Shown: positions 37,718 to 47,389 of the stretch, in pieces
How the letters are laid out: each line of letters begins with the position of its first letter
How positions within the stretch are numbered: the first letter of the stretch is position 1
Source of the DNA: Phycisphaeraceae bacterium
GTDB taxonomy: Bacteria > Planctomycetota > Phycisphaerae > Phycisphaerales > Phycisphaeraceae
Length of the DNA stretch: 64,000 nucleotides
Direction of reading: 5' to 3'
Assembly (NCBI GenBank): GCA_963674705.1
Contig: OY771506.1
Coordinates: 768,001 to 832,000 of the forward strand
Notes under the pieces: generated by a model
What the model was told of the DNA's origin: nothing
The model's database searches: none
Seen by the model: only the letters and a program-made list of their open reading frames with translations
Translations under genes and position numbers: made by a program

Positions 37718-39793
37718 TCACGCAGATCGTCTGCGTGATAATATTGTCATACCAAATCCACACATACAAATAGTTGCTGGTTCAGGAACCATTTCGAGAA
37801 CTTGTGTGGGCGGAGCTGATCCACTGTTCCAGTTTTGCAGCAGCACATCGAGATCGTCGAGGCCGATGTAGCCGTCGCCGGAGATGTCGCCGGAAGATAG
37901 ATCGGCTAAGCCGACGTTTTGGTTCCAATTCAGCAATAGTGTGTCGAGATCGTCGAGGCTGACGAAGCCGTCGGCGTTGAGGTCGCCGGGGACGTAGTCC
38001 CAGTTGAGCGTGACCATGACGGCGTTGGATGTGTAGGCGACGTCAATGAGGCCTTCGTACATGGCGAGGCCGGTGATATGTTCGAACTGGCCGGTGAGTG
38101 TTCCTTGTAGGGATTCAATTACCGTGTAAGTTCCGGAGATCACAGGACCGACAGCCTGCAGGTCCATGATCGTCCCGGTCAAACTGATATCGATGTTTCC
38201 GGATACGTTGACCTGATCGCTCGTGTTGGCTTCGCCGCCGATCTCGATCCCAACGGTGCCGCCATTGATTTCGTAGTCGCCAAAAATGTCGGTTAATCCG
38301 ATCCCGTCCGCCGGCGCAAAGGTTCCGCCGTTCTGCACGAATGGAGCTTTGAGGTTGATGCTACCCACGCCGCGAAGTTCACCAGATAAGAAACTGAAGT
38401 TGGCAATACCCCCGCCGGCCACCAGCCGCCCACCGTGCAAACTTAAAGAGCCACCGGTTACATTCAAAGTGCCCTCAGAATAGTAGCCCTTACCAATAAA
38501 GACATCCCCAAAAACCTCAACATGGCTCAGCGGACCGATCCCAACACTCCCGACACCTGACTCACCCACGACCAAATCATCCCCGCTGGAGATGCTCGAA
38601 CCCGCTCCGCTGACAACCAACTCACCGCGCGAGCCCGGGTCCTGCCCGAGTGTGATGCCGTAAAGATGCGTTTCGAGGGTCGCGCCATTCTCAACGAGTA
38701 ATTGCCCCTGCCCCGCCTCGCCCACTACCAACTCTCTTGTATCAATCCACCGTGATTCGGCACCACTGAGGGTCACCTGGCCAACCGATTCTTGCTCATA
38801 ACCGATACGCGCGCCGTGGCAGTAAAGCAGGCTCCCGCCTGACACGTTTATGTGGGCTTCACCCGAGTAGCCGACCATCAGAATCCCCCCGCTGATATTC
38901 AGTGCGCTGTGGTCACTGACATTCACGATGCCGATCGCGTCGGCGTAGTAACCGACATAGCCCATCCTTTGGTTTACCTCGGCGTGATCGGTCACATCCA
39001 ACGTCCCGACGCCGGCGTTGCCCACGTAAAGATCGGATGCCCCGTTACCTCCCCATAACGAGCCCTCGCCGGTGACCAAGGCATACCCGACCGCCGAGTA
39101 GCCATACCCAACGTAGGCTCCCGCACCACAGGTCACGACACCCCCCGCTTCGATCGTTAAGCTGCCGTTGCCGAATCGGCCGGCCTGCATTTCACCTGTC
39201 GCGGTCCAGGTAGAGCCGGGGCCCGACACGAGAACGCTTGAGGTCGATGACTTTAGTCCAGCAATCCATCCGTTGTTGCTTGTGAGCAGCCCGCTGTTTT
39301 CAACAGTCAGTGTTGATGGGCCTTCCTGCCCTACCAGAACCGTGTACAGCGTGTTGAGCCTGGACCCCGCACCCGACACGAGAACGTTGCTTGATGAGCC
39401 TTCAAATGCGGAAAAGACCACCCCGCCGTAGCCGATGACACCGCCATCTAAAAGGTTTAATTCACCATGGCCGTAACGACCGACGGTCATCGCATATCGA
39501 TTAGCCCATGCGGCATCAGGCCCTGTGATCGTCACGATGCCGGTCGTCCCCGCATCCTTGCCGATCACACCGTGCGTGCTGGACACGTGACTGCTGCCAC
39601 TGACGGTCATCTGCCCGTCGCCCGCCGCACCCACTTCAAGGGGTTCGGACACCTCCCAGGGATCATCACCGGTATATGCAGGATCAAGATTGCCGGACAC
39701 ACTGATAGATGCGAAAGCCGAAGTGAAGGTATTCAGTAGTACGACACCACCCAAAAGTATTGCGGCAATCCGCCTCAATTCGTGAGCAATCAA
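37718..39793 (-). CDS. Beta-solenoid repeat exoprotein (T5SS/PEP-CTERM-associated repeats) with dockerin-like domain and PEP-CTERM
   Basis: Repeated VGxxGxGxLxV..IG..G.VxVSGxGSxW units; duplicated GDxxxDGxxxLDDLDxLLxNWN; VPEP-TM-RRR. Confidence 0.85.
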   Translation of the reverse strand: MIAHELRRIAAILLGGVVLLNTFTSAFASISVSGNLDPAYTGDDPWEVSEPLEVGAAGDGQMTVSGSSHVSSTHGVIGKDAGTTGIVTITGPDAAWANRYAMTVGRYGHGELNLLDGGVIGYGGVVFSAFEGSSSNVLVSGAGSRLNTLYTVLVGQEGPSTLTVENSGLLTSNNGWIAGLKSSTSSVLVSGPGSTWTATGEMQAGRFGNGSLTIEAGGVVTCGAGAYVGYGYSAVGYALVTGEGSLWGGNGASDLYVGNAGVGTLDVTDHAEVNQRMGYVGYYADAIGIVNVSDHSALNISGGILMVGYSGEAHINVSGGSLLYCHGARIGYEQESVGQVTLSGAESRWIDTRELVVGEAGQGQLLVENGATLETHLYGITLGQDPGSRGELVVSGAGSSISSGDDLVVGESGVGSVGIGPLSHVEVFGDVFIGKGYYSEGTLNVTGGSLSLHGGRLVAGGGIANFSFLSGELRGVGSINLKAPFVQNGGTFAPADGIGLTDIFGDYEINGGTVGIEIGGEANTSDQVNVSGNIDISLTGTIMDLQAVGPVISGTYTVIESLQGTLTGQFEHITGLAMYEGLIDVAYTSNAVMVTLNWDYVPGDLNADGFVSLDDLDTLLLNWNQNVGLADLSSGDISGDGYIGLDDLDVLLQNWNSGSAPPTQVLEMVPEPATICMCGFGMTILSRRRSA

Positions 39794-39924
39794 TGCACAC
39801 CCCCAGCCATGAAGGTAAGTTGAAATTTACTAACCACACACCGCTAAATCATATCGCATCCGCATGGACCGATACAAGCTTTAATCAATCTTCTACAATT
39901 TGCATGAGACGTTATGAACTAAGA

Positions 39925-40980
39925 CTAAAACCCGTGTGTCGACACAAAATGCCCGGGTTCGCTTGGTACTTCCTGTAAAGGTGGGCGGTCCAGGAGGCTT
40001 TGGCGGGTGATGTAGGTGATGCCGGCGTCGGTGTGTTCGTTGGGGCCGGTGGCTTTGGATGTGGGGTTGTCTGATTCTTTGAAGAAGTGAATCGGGCTGG
40101 GTACGTCGCCTTCTAGCATGATGCGTTGTTTTTTGCCGGTTGGTTGCGGGTTCGGCGCGGCGCTTAACAGCGCGCGCGTGTAGGGGTGCATCGGGTTGCG
40201 GTAGAGTGTGTCGCGGTCGGCGAGCTCAACGATCCTTCCTAAATACATCACAGCTACGCGGTCGCAGAAGTGTTCGACAACGGCAAGATTGTGCGCGATG
40301 AACAGATACGACAAACCAAACTCATCCTGAAGGTCGGCGAGCAGGTTGAGGATCTGCGATTGGATGGAGACGTCGAGCGCGGAAACAGGCTCATCGCAGA
40401 CGACGAACTTGGGCTCGAGCGCGAGGGCTCGCGCGATGCCGATGCGTTGGCGCTGGCCGCCGGAGAATTCGTGCGGGTATCGGTAGGCGTGGTCGGGTTC
40501 GAGGCCCACTTTTTGAAGAAGCGTAGCGACGCGGTCGCGCAGCTCAGAACCCTTGGCAAGTTTATGCACGATGATGGGTTCGCCGATGATTCGGCCGACG
40601 GTCATGCGAGGGTTCAGCGAGCCGACGGGGTCCTGGAAGATGATCTGCATTTCCTGGCGGAGTTTTTTGAGTTGGCCGCCGCCCATACCCCGGACGTCTT
40701 TGCCTTGGAAGGTGATGGACCCGCTGGTCGCGGGGATGAGCCGGAGGATGGTCCTGCCGACGGTGCTCTTGCCGCAACCGGATTCGCCGACAAGCCCGAG
40801 CGTTTCGCGTTTGCCGATATCAAAAGAGACGTTGTCCACCGCCCGGACCTCACCGACGATGCGTCGCATCAGGCCGCGCTTCACGGGGAAGTAGGTTTTC
40901 AGTTCCTTGACGCTGAGGATCGGCTGATCCTTCGGCGAAGCTTCGGCCGCGGGCGGGGTCTGGGTGGCGGTGGCTGTCAT
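39925..40980 (-). CDS. Oligopeptide/dipeptide ABC transporter ATPase (OppF/DppF-like)
   Basis: GESGCGKST, FSGGQRQR, VCDEPVSALD, HPYTRALL. Confidence 0.93.
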   Translation of the reverse strand: MTATATQTPPAAEASPKDQPILSVKELKTYFPVKRGLMRRIVGEVRAVDNVSFDIGKRETLGLVGESGCGKSTVGRTILRLIPATSGSITFQGKDVRGMGGGQLKKLRQEMQIIFQDPVGSLNPRMTVGRIIGEPIIVHKLAKGSELRDRVATLLQKVGLEPDHAYRYPHEFSGGQRQRIGIARALALEPKFVVCDEPVSALDVSIQSQILNLLADLQDEFGLSYLFIAHNLAVVEHFCDRVAVMYLGRIVELADRDTLYRNPMHPYTRALLSAAPNPQPTGKKQRIMLEGDVPSPIHFFKESDNPTSKATGPNEHTDAGITYITRQSLLDRPPLQEVPSEPGHFVSTHGF

Positions 40981-40995
40981 GGGGATAGTTTAGGG

Positions 40996-41102
40996 GAAAA
41001 ACAGTAAAGCAGAAAATGTGAAAAGCAGAAAATAAGGCTCCTGCCCGTGACGAGCGATTTGCCTTATTTTCTGCTTTTCTGTTGTTCTGATTTCCTGCTT
41101 TT
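40996..41102. repeat. AAGCAG-rich palindrome, family D copy 2
   Basis: Perfect 19-bp inverted repeat GAAAAGCAGAAAATAAGGC (41020-41038) / 41061-41079, flanked by further degenerate units. Confidence 0.85.
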
Positions 41103-41105
41103 GTC

Positions 41106-42740
41106 TTATTCCTCCGGCAACTGCAGCACGATGAACAGGGAGACGTAGGCCTTGCTGGCGGCGTCCCAGGTCTTGACGCGGACACGGATGCCTTCGGTGA
41201 TGTCGTGCTCAGCGATAGCGTCGACCAGCTCTTCGATGGTTGCGACGGGCTTGTTCATGACGTGGGTGATGATCATGCCGGGCTGCAAACGTTCGGCGGC
41301 GGCATAGGAGTTACGGCGGATCGATGTGATCTTCACGCCGGGTATGAAGTCGATACCAAGTTGCTTGGCGTTGTCTTCTGTGAAGTCCTGCAGGCCTGCG
41401 ACACCGAGCTTGCGCAGGGTGGTCATGCCTGCAGCATCTTCTTCTATCTGCTGCTGCTCGGGTTGCGAACGGAAAGCGACTGCATTCTCGGGGAACTCAC
41501 CGAGCGTGACATCCACGGTCTGCAGGTCACCGTTGCGGAATAGCTGCACTTCGACTTCCGCGCCGGGCTCGAAGTCGGCAACCATGCTGCGAAGGATGGC
41601 GATGGTTGGTGTGGGTTGGCCGTCAACCTTGGTGATGATGTCACCGCTCTGGATACCTGCCTTGTCGGCCGGGCCACCGGCGTTGACGTCGCTGACAAGC
41701 ACGCCATCACCATCGAAGCCGAAGGTCTTGGCCATGTTCTTGTCGAGGTCTTCAGCGGGTAAGGAGATGCCGAGGAAACCACGGCGGACAGAGCCGTCTT
41801 CGATGATACGGTCGGCGATGCCGGTGACCATATCGACGGGGATGGCAAAGCCGAGGCCGACGAACGTACCGTTACCCGGAGTCATCGGGCTATTGCCTGC
41901 GGCGATCGCGGTGTTCATGCCGACGACTTCGCCGTAGATGTTGGTCAGCGGTCCGCCGGAGTTGCCGGGGTTGATCATGGCGTCTGTCTGGATGAAGTTC
42001 TCATAGCCGCCGCCGCGCACACGGATGATGCCCAATTCACGACCTGTGGCGGAGATGATGCCCTGGCTCATGGAGAAGTCGAAGCTCAGAGGCGAACCGA
42101 ACGCAAAGACGATATCGCCCTGCTGCACGTCTTCCTTGGCGATCCCCGCGGGGATCAGGTCGTCGGCATCAACGGTCAGTACTGCCACGTCTGTACGTTC
42201 ATCGGTGTTCAACACCTTGGCTTCGTACTCAGCGCCGTCATGGAAACGGACTTTGATCTGGTCGGCGTTGCGCACGACGTGATTGTTGGTGATGATGTAG
42301 TCCTGGAACTTGTCGGGATCGTTCGGGTCGTGATGACGATAGACCCAGCCGGAGCCGGAACCGATTGGGCGGAGGGGTTGATATTTGTCGTAACGGTCGT
42401 TGTTGCGAGGTGTTTGCTCGCCGTCGGGTATTTCCAGATCCCTGAAGTGCTCCTGGAGGTCCGGTCGCAGTTGACGGAGTAATTCGTGCGGGTCGTTGTC
42501 GGTGCGTGCCAAAACGCGGATGGCTACGACACTCGGTTCAACCACCTGGGATACATCCCGGAAAGAATTACTGAGTTCGGCGAGAAAAGAACTGTTCTTG
42601 AGGGACTCACTGATGACCTGAACACGGGCGTTCCGGTGCTGGTAGGCGATATCACGCGCTACACCGGGGCCCAGGATCATGATCAACAGGACGGTTATCA
42701 ACAGGACGACGGTCGGTCCGTACCAGCGTATTCTTGACAT
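41106..42740 (-). CDS. HtrA/DegP-family serine protease with two PDZ domains
   Basis: TNNHV, DVAVL, INPGNSGGPL triad; RGFLGI PDZ; N-terminal TM. Confidence 0.93.
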   Translation of the reverse strand: MSRIRWYGPTVVLLITVLLIMILGPGVARDIAYQHRNARVQVISESLKNSSFLAELSNSFRDVSQVVEPSVVAIRVLARTDNDPHELLRQLRPDLQEHFRDLEIPDGEQTPRNNDRYDKYQPLRPIGSGSGWVYRHHDPNDPDKFQDYIITNNHVVRNADQIKVRFHDGAEYEAKVLNTDERTDVAVLTVDADDLIPAGIAKEDVQQGDIVFAFGSPLSFDFSMSQGIISATGRELGIIRVRGGGYENFIQTDAMINPGNSGGPLTNIYGEVVGMNTAIAAGNSPMTPGNGTFVGLGFAIPVDMVTGIADRIIEDGSVRRGFLGISLPAEDLDKNMAKTFGFDGDGVLVSDVNAGGPADKAGIQSGDIITKVDGQPTPTIAILRSMVADFEPGAEVEVQLFRNGDLQTVDVTLGEFPENAVAFRSQPEQQQIEEDAAGMTTLRKLGVAGLQDFTEDNAKQLGIDFIPGVKITSIRRNSYAAAERLQPGMIITHVMNKPVATIEELVDAIAEHDITEGIRVRVKTWDAASKAYVSLFIVLQLPEE

Positions 42741-42842
42741 TGGATAACTCCTGCATGTAACGATGCGTTTGTCGTTTGAACATTAAACGAAACCGACCTC
42801 CGTAGCAGTGTTAGCTGGCTATCGGCCGATCGGCTCTTTTTT

Positions 42843-43742
42843 CTATACGACCCCGGGACGGGATGGTTCGCCAGGTTTGCGTGTTTTCGTGTCGTAGTCT
42901 TCTTTTATCTGGTATGCCCCACCGTCCTTGAGGTATTCACCCCGGGAGACGGCCTTGACCCACGCGGCGGCGGCGGCCTGGACCTGGCTGCCCAGATCGA
43001 GCACCGGCGGCGCGAACGGGGGCTGCCAGTCCGATAGCTTCAGCAAATCGTGCAGCACGATGACATGGCCGTCGCAGGCGGGCCCCGCACCACAGCCGAT
43101 GACGGGGATCGGTTCACCGTCTTCCGGATCACGTGCGATCCGCTTGACGCGTTCGGCAACCTCGTCCGGGACGGCTTCGAGCAACAGGACAGAAGCGCCG
43201 CGTGCGACCATTACCTCGGCGGTATCAACAATCAGTGCGGCCTCACGTTGGGTTCGGCCGGCGGCTTTGTACCCGCCGGTAGCCCGGACCTGTTGAGGAC
43301 GTGAGCCCAGATGCGCTACTACTGGGATACCCGCGTGGCTCATGCGCTCGATCAGACCCGCGTGTGTCTCGTCGACCTCGACCTTGACCAGGTCCGCTCC
43401 ACCATCTTTGATAAAAGCAACCGCGTTATTCATCGCCTCATCAGCTCCGCACTGGTAGCTGCCGAAGGGCATGTCCGCGACGATCAGAGCGTTGGGTGCG
43501 CCGCGACGGACGGCTCTGGTGATTTCGAGCATGAAGGGCATCGGCGCGGGGAGCGTCGAGTCATGGCCGAGGATGAACTGTGCAGCGGTGTCGCCAACGA
43601 GCATCGTTCGGATGCCGCCGCGGTAGAGCCACTTGGCCGTGGTCGCGTCGTAGCAGGTGAGCATGGCGAACGGGTCGCCAGCCTTCGCCCAACGGCGCAG
43701 GGTGCGGAGGGTAATACGCTTATCGGGGGACAACTCAGCCAT
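42843..43742 (-). CDS. panB: 3-methyl-2-oxobutanoate hydroxymethyltransferase
   Basis: MLTCYDA, LVGD, ADMPFGSY, VKVE, IGCGAG..CDGHVIVLHD. Confidence 0.9.
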   Translation of the reverse strand: MAELSPDKRITLRTLRRWAKAGDPFAMLTCYDATTAKWLYRGGIRTMLVGDTAAQFILGHDSTLPAPMPFMLEITRAVRRGAPNALIVADMPFGSYQCGADEAMNNAVAFIKDGGADLVKVEVDETHAGLIERMSHAGIPVVAHLGSRPQQVRATGGYKAAGRTQREAALIVDTAEVMVARGASVLLLEAVPDEVAERVKRIARDPEDGEPIPVIGCGAGPACDGHVIVLHDLLKLSDWQPPFAPPVLDLGSQVQAAAAAWVKAVSRGEYLKDGGAYQIKEDYDTKTRKPGEPSRPGVV

Positions 43743-43796
43743 CGGAGTATTGTAGCCTGTTATGCGTGCCGGTCCTGTTAAGCCAGGTAAACAAAA

Positions 43797-44882
43797 TCAA
43801 GGCACGGTCGGGTCTGTTTCAAACGGCTCCCGAGCGGATTGGATCGCTGGCGTCGAGCTATCGGTCTTATCGACGTGAATACCCAAGGTGATCAGCACCG
43901 GCAGATGGTCAGAACCGGTTTCAGGCCCGATTGTGCGGTCAAGGCAAACCAAACCCTTGCTGGTCAGACAGTGGTCGATCGGCAGCTTCCAAGGGATGGG
44001 CAAGCCGGTCGGCCAGGTGCCCTGGTTGCCCCGGCCGTCCAGTGAGTTTCTAAGTTTGCGGTCCGCTGTCAGGATGCTGAACGCCGGAGACCAGGGTGTG
44101 GTGTTCAGGTCACCGACAATGATGTGCGGATCGGTCTGCCGGTTCGCCCAGTCTTTGGCCTGCTGTAAGATCGTGTTGCGTTGCCATGTGTAGGCAGCAT
44201 TCATTGGCGGCGGCGGGTGAATACTTAACAGCTTGATCGGTTGGCCTTCAAAAATGATCGTGGCTTCAACCGTAGGCCTGCCGAAACCATCTGCTTCGAG
44301 CAGTACGTGGGCATCTTCAATTCTGATGCGATCTGATTGGTCCAGTGATTTATTGGCAAGCAGCGCGATGCCGAACGAGTGATCGATCGGATGTGCCACG
44401 ACAACGTTGAACGGGATGTTGGACGACCGCAGCAGTTTATCCCACCAGGGATCGAGTTCCTGGATAATCATGATGTCCGCATTACAGGAACGGATGAATG
44501 CGAGCGCTTTATCTTTGTCGCGATTCTTGTGGAGGATGTTGACCTGCGCCAGATTCAACGGTGTATATGCCGGTTTATACATATTGGGAACATTGAATGG
44601 AAGTGCGGGAAAAATGGTGTAAACGTGCAGCGAGAGCAGCACGAGCATCACCAGCGCAACGCCCCGCCGGCGCAGGATCAGTGCCAGTGCGAGCACACAC
44701 GCGCAGCCCACGACGTAATACACCGCAAAATGGTTGAACAGATCGGCTACCCACCAGAATCGCCCGAGCAGGCTGATCGCGGTGGCGATTAAAAGCGCGA
44801 ACATTGCAAGCATGGTCAGCCGTGAGATCAGGCCGGGCTTTTTCTGGGATTTGGGCTGCACTTCTTGTGTTTGATCGGTCAT
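43797..44882 (-). CDS. Membrane-anchored endonuclease/exonuclease/phosphatase (EEP) protein
   Basis: Three N-terminal TM helices; IQE, GDLNTTPWS, PIDHCL, GSDHLP. Confidence 0.9.
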   Translation of the reverse strand: MTDQTQEVQPKSQKKPGLISRLTMLAMFALLIATAISLLGRFWWVADLFNHFAVYYVVGCACVLALALILRRRGVALVMLVLLSLHVYTIFPALPFNVPNMYKPAYTPLNLAQVNILHKNRDKDKALAFIRSCNADIMIIQELDPWWDKLLRSSNIPFNVVVAHPIDHSFGIALLANKSLDQSDRIRIEDAHVLLEADGFGRPTVEATIIFEGQPIKLLSIHPPPPMNAAYTWQRNTILQQAKDWANRQTDPHIIVGDLNTTPWSPAFSILTADRKLRNSLDGRGNQGTWPTGLPIPWKLPIDHCLTSKGLVCLDRTIGPETGSDHLPVLITLGIHVDKTDSSTPAIQSAREPFETDPTVP

Positions 44883-44937
44883 ACGGTCCCCGTTATAGCA
44901 AAGCCTGCACAAGCTGACTCATTAGGATAACCATCGG

Positions 44938-46011
44938 CTATTCAGGTTGCGCTTTCGTGAATTGATCTTGAGATGGTTGGTTACCGAAAGTTCTCTGGAC
45001 CGCTTGTGGGTCCAGCGCCAAGGTCACGCACAGAGGCAGGTGGTCTGAGCCGACGTATGGACCGACCGCACGTTCGAGGCAGTACATGTCCGTGCTGTGC
45101 AGGCAGTGGTCGATCGGCACGAGTAAGGGCAATGGGAAGTCGGCGCGTACGGTGCCCTGGTTGCCCCGGCCGTCCAACGTGCTGATCATCTGGCCGTCGG
45201 CGTCCATGATGGAAAAGGCGTAGGACCAGGGCGTCGTGTTGAAGTCGCCGATGATGATGTGCGGTGTCGTTTGTTTGTTCGCCCAGTTTTTAGCGGCACG
45301 TAACATGCGGTCCCGGGTGTTCGTCAGTTCGTTGCTGAACGGATGTGCGGGATGGATGCTTAAGACCGTGACCTCTTGGCCATTGACCGTGAAGACGGCT
45401 TCGATCGCAGGGCGGTCGATTTCTTGGGGCGCGACATCGAGGATGTGTGAAGTAACTAATCGCACTTCGTGCTCGGCGATGCGCATATCATCATCTCGCA
45501 TGAGCATCATGATGCCGAAACGTCCGTCACCTGTCTGCGATACAGTTTCGTGATACGGGATATCCGCTGCGCGCAGAGTATCCACCCACCAAGGCGACGC
45601 CTCCTGGATGAATACGGCATCGGCGTCGCAGTTGTTCAAAAAGGCAACGACACTCGGTTCATCACGATTGGGACGCAGGACGTTAAGGTGGGCAAGGCGC
45701 AATTGATATTGCGTATCAATCGAAGGCTGCGGCGGGGGCGATGCAATTAATTGCGGGTAGATCAGGAACAGATAGAAAACCGTTGCGGCCACGGCCACTA
45801 GCGCGAAGCCCCATCGCCTGAAAACCACGCAAATACACGTCAAAACCGCTGCAAAACACGCCAGGTACACCGCAAGGTGATTGGGCAGGTCCGCCGGCCA
45901 CCAGTATCGCCCGAACCGGCCCAGGACCGTGACCGCCAACAGGCCGAGTACGGCGACGGTTAGCAGTTTGGTGAGTCTTTTCGATGGTTTTCGGCCCGCG
46001 GAATCGCTCAA
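44938..46011 (-). CDS. Membrane-anchored EEP protein (tandem paralog)
   Basis: Three TM helices; IQE, GDFNTTPWS, PIDHCL, GSDHLP. Confidence 0.9.
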   Translation of the reverse strand: MSDSAGRKPSKRLTKLLTVAVLGLLAVTVLGRFGRYWWPADLPNHLAVYLACFAAVLTCICVVFRRWGFALVAVAATVFYLFLIYPQLIASPPPQPSIDTQYQLRLAHLNVLRPNRDEPSVVAFLNNCDADAVFIQEASPWWVDTLRAADIPYHETVSQTGDGRFGIMMLMRDDDMRIAEHEVRLVTSHILDVAPQEIDRPAIEAVFTVNGQEVTVLSIHPAHPFSNELTNTRDRMLRAAKNWANKQTTPHIIIGDFNTTPWSYAFSIMDADGQMISTLDGRGNQGTVRADFPLPLLVPIDHCLHSTDMYCLERAVGPYVGSDHLPLCVTLALDPQAVQRTFGNQPSQDQFTKAQPE

Positions 46012-46040
46012 GTGGCACCTCTCTGGTATAAATCCCGCCT

Positions 46041-46589
46041 ATGTCTACGAACGTCTGTGTTTATTGTTCATCAAGTGACGCGATCGACCGCAGGTTTTTT
46101 GACGTCGCACGAGAGTTGGGAACCGCGCTGGGCAAGCGCGGTGATACGCTGGTCTATGGCGGAGGCAGCGTCGGGCTGATGGGTGAGGTCGCCCGATCCT
46201 GCCACGAGCACGGCGGGAAAGTCCTTGGCGTAATCCCCGAATCGCTGAAGACCGAGGAGATCGCTTATCACCAGGCGGACGAGTTGATCGTCACCGAAAC
46301 GATGAGCGAGCGCAAGACAATCATGTTCACGAAAGGCGAAGCGTTCATCATCCTGCCCGGCGGATTCGGCACGCTGGAAGAGCTGGCGGAAGTGATCGTG
46401 TTAAAGATCCTCAAGTACCAGGACCGACCGATCGTAATCCTTAATTGCCTGGGCTTCTACGATCCGCTGATCACGCTATTCGATCACTTCATCAAAGAGA
46501 ACTTCGCCAAGCCGAAGCATCGCAAGCTGTATCGCATCGTTGATACGGTTGAAGAAGCGGTCGCTGCACTGGAAGGCGCAGCATCGTAG
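46041..46589 (+). CDS. LOG-family nucleotide phosphoribohydrolase
   Basis: VYGGG.VGLMG, MSERK, PGGFGTLEE. Confidence 0.92.
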   Translation: MSTNVCVYCSSSDAIDRRFFDVARELGTALGKRGDTLVYGGGSVGLMGEVARSCHEHGGKVLGVIPESLKTEEIAYHQADELIVTETMSERKTIMFTKGEAFIILPGGFGTLEELAEVIVLKILKYQDRPIVILNCLGFYDPLITLFDHFIKENFAKPKHRKLYRIVDTVEEAVAALEGAAS

Positions 46590-46770
46590 AAACATCTCGC
46601 CTAAAAGATTTACAAATCTTAAGTCATTCGTGTTCTGAAATGTGTATAAACATGGTGCTGAAGTAAATTTGCCCCTTGATTTCAGGCATTTATCCGTGAA
46701 ACTGCACTTTCTTCATCGAAGTTGAGTGAAAGTGCTTGCTTTTTATGACAATCAATCGCTACACTGCCAC

Positions 46771-46865
46771 GCAGTCAAGCGAATCACATCTGCTTGCAAC
46801 CATCAAACACAAATAACAACTATCCCAAGGCGCACCAGGGCGGGGCGCCGGGGATATTAGGTTTT
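46771..46865 (+). ncRNA. Candidate small RNA
   Basis: Promoter-like TTGCTT-N18-TACACT (46736-46765), 5' hairpin, A/C-rich linker, GC-rich 3' hairpin followed by a T-rich tail; no ORF. Confidence 0.3.
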
Positions 46866-46981
46866 ATAAATAACGACAAACCACTCGAATTATGGCGTGG
46901 CGCCACGTTCGGTTTCGAGAGCACTTGACAACAAATAAGACCAACAAGTATGACTATGTCTCGCACCCGTGAGATGGAGCC

Positions 46982-47329
46982 ATGTGGAAGACGCTTACAA
47001 CTCGTTACTTCATCCCACCGATTGGCTCGTCGCCGATTGGAACGGGTGTACTCATGGCGGTTGTATTAGCACTGCCGAGTCTGTGCTATCCCATTTGCGG
47101 CCAAATCTTTTTTATAAATAGTTATAGACGTGATGAACCCTTCTATCATTGGGTAGATGGCTCAGCCGCCGTAGCAGGCATGTTCTTTTACATCTTCGTC
47201 GGATTAACATTTCACTTCACCTACTACTGGAGTGAAAAACCTGCGCTTGAAAAGTACAGTGCAATCCTGGCGAACATATCCACGATCGCATGGCTGTCTT
47301 TAGCGATTCTATACGGAGTATTCCTGTGA
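46982..47329 (+). CDS. Small hydrophobic membrane protein (hypothetical, AT-richer)
   Basis: GGAG RBS, three hydrophobic segments; TTGACA at 46925 upstream. Confidence 0.55.
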   Translation: MWKTLTTRYFIPPIGSSPIGTGVLMAVVLALPSLCYPICGQIFFINSYRRDEPFYHWVDGSAAVAGMFFYIFVGLTFHFTYYWSEKPALEKYSAILANISTIAWLSLAILYGVFL

Positions 47330-47389
47330 TAAAGAACGAGGCGATCATCCCAGTTTTGATACGGGTAAATGTACTCTACCTATTACCAA

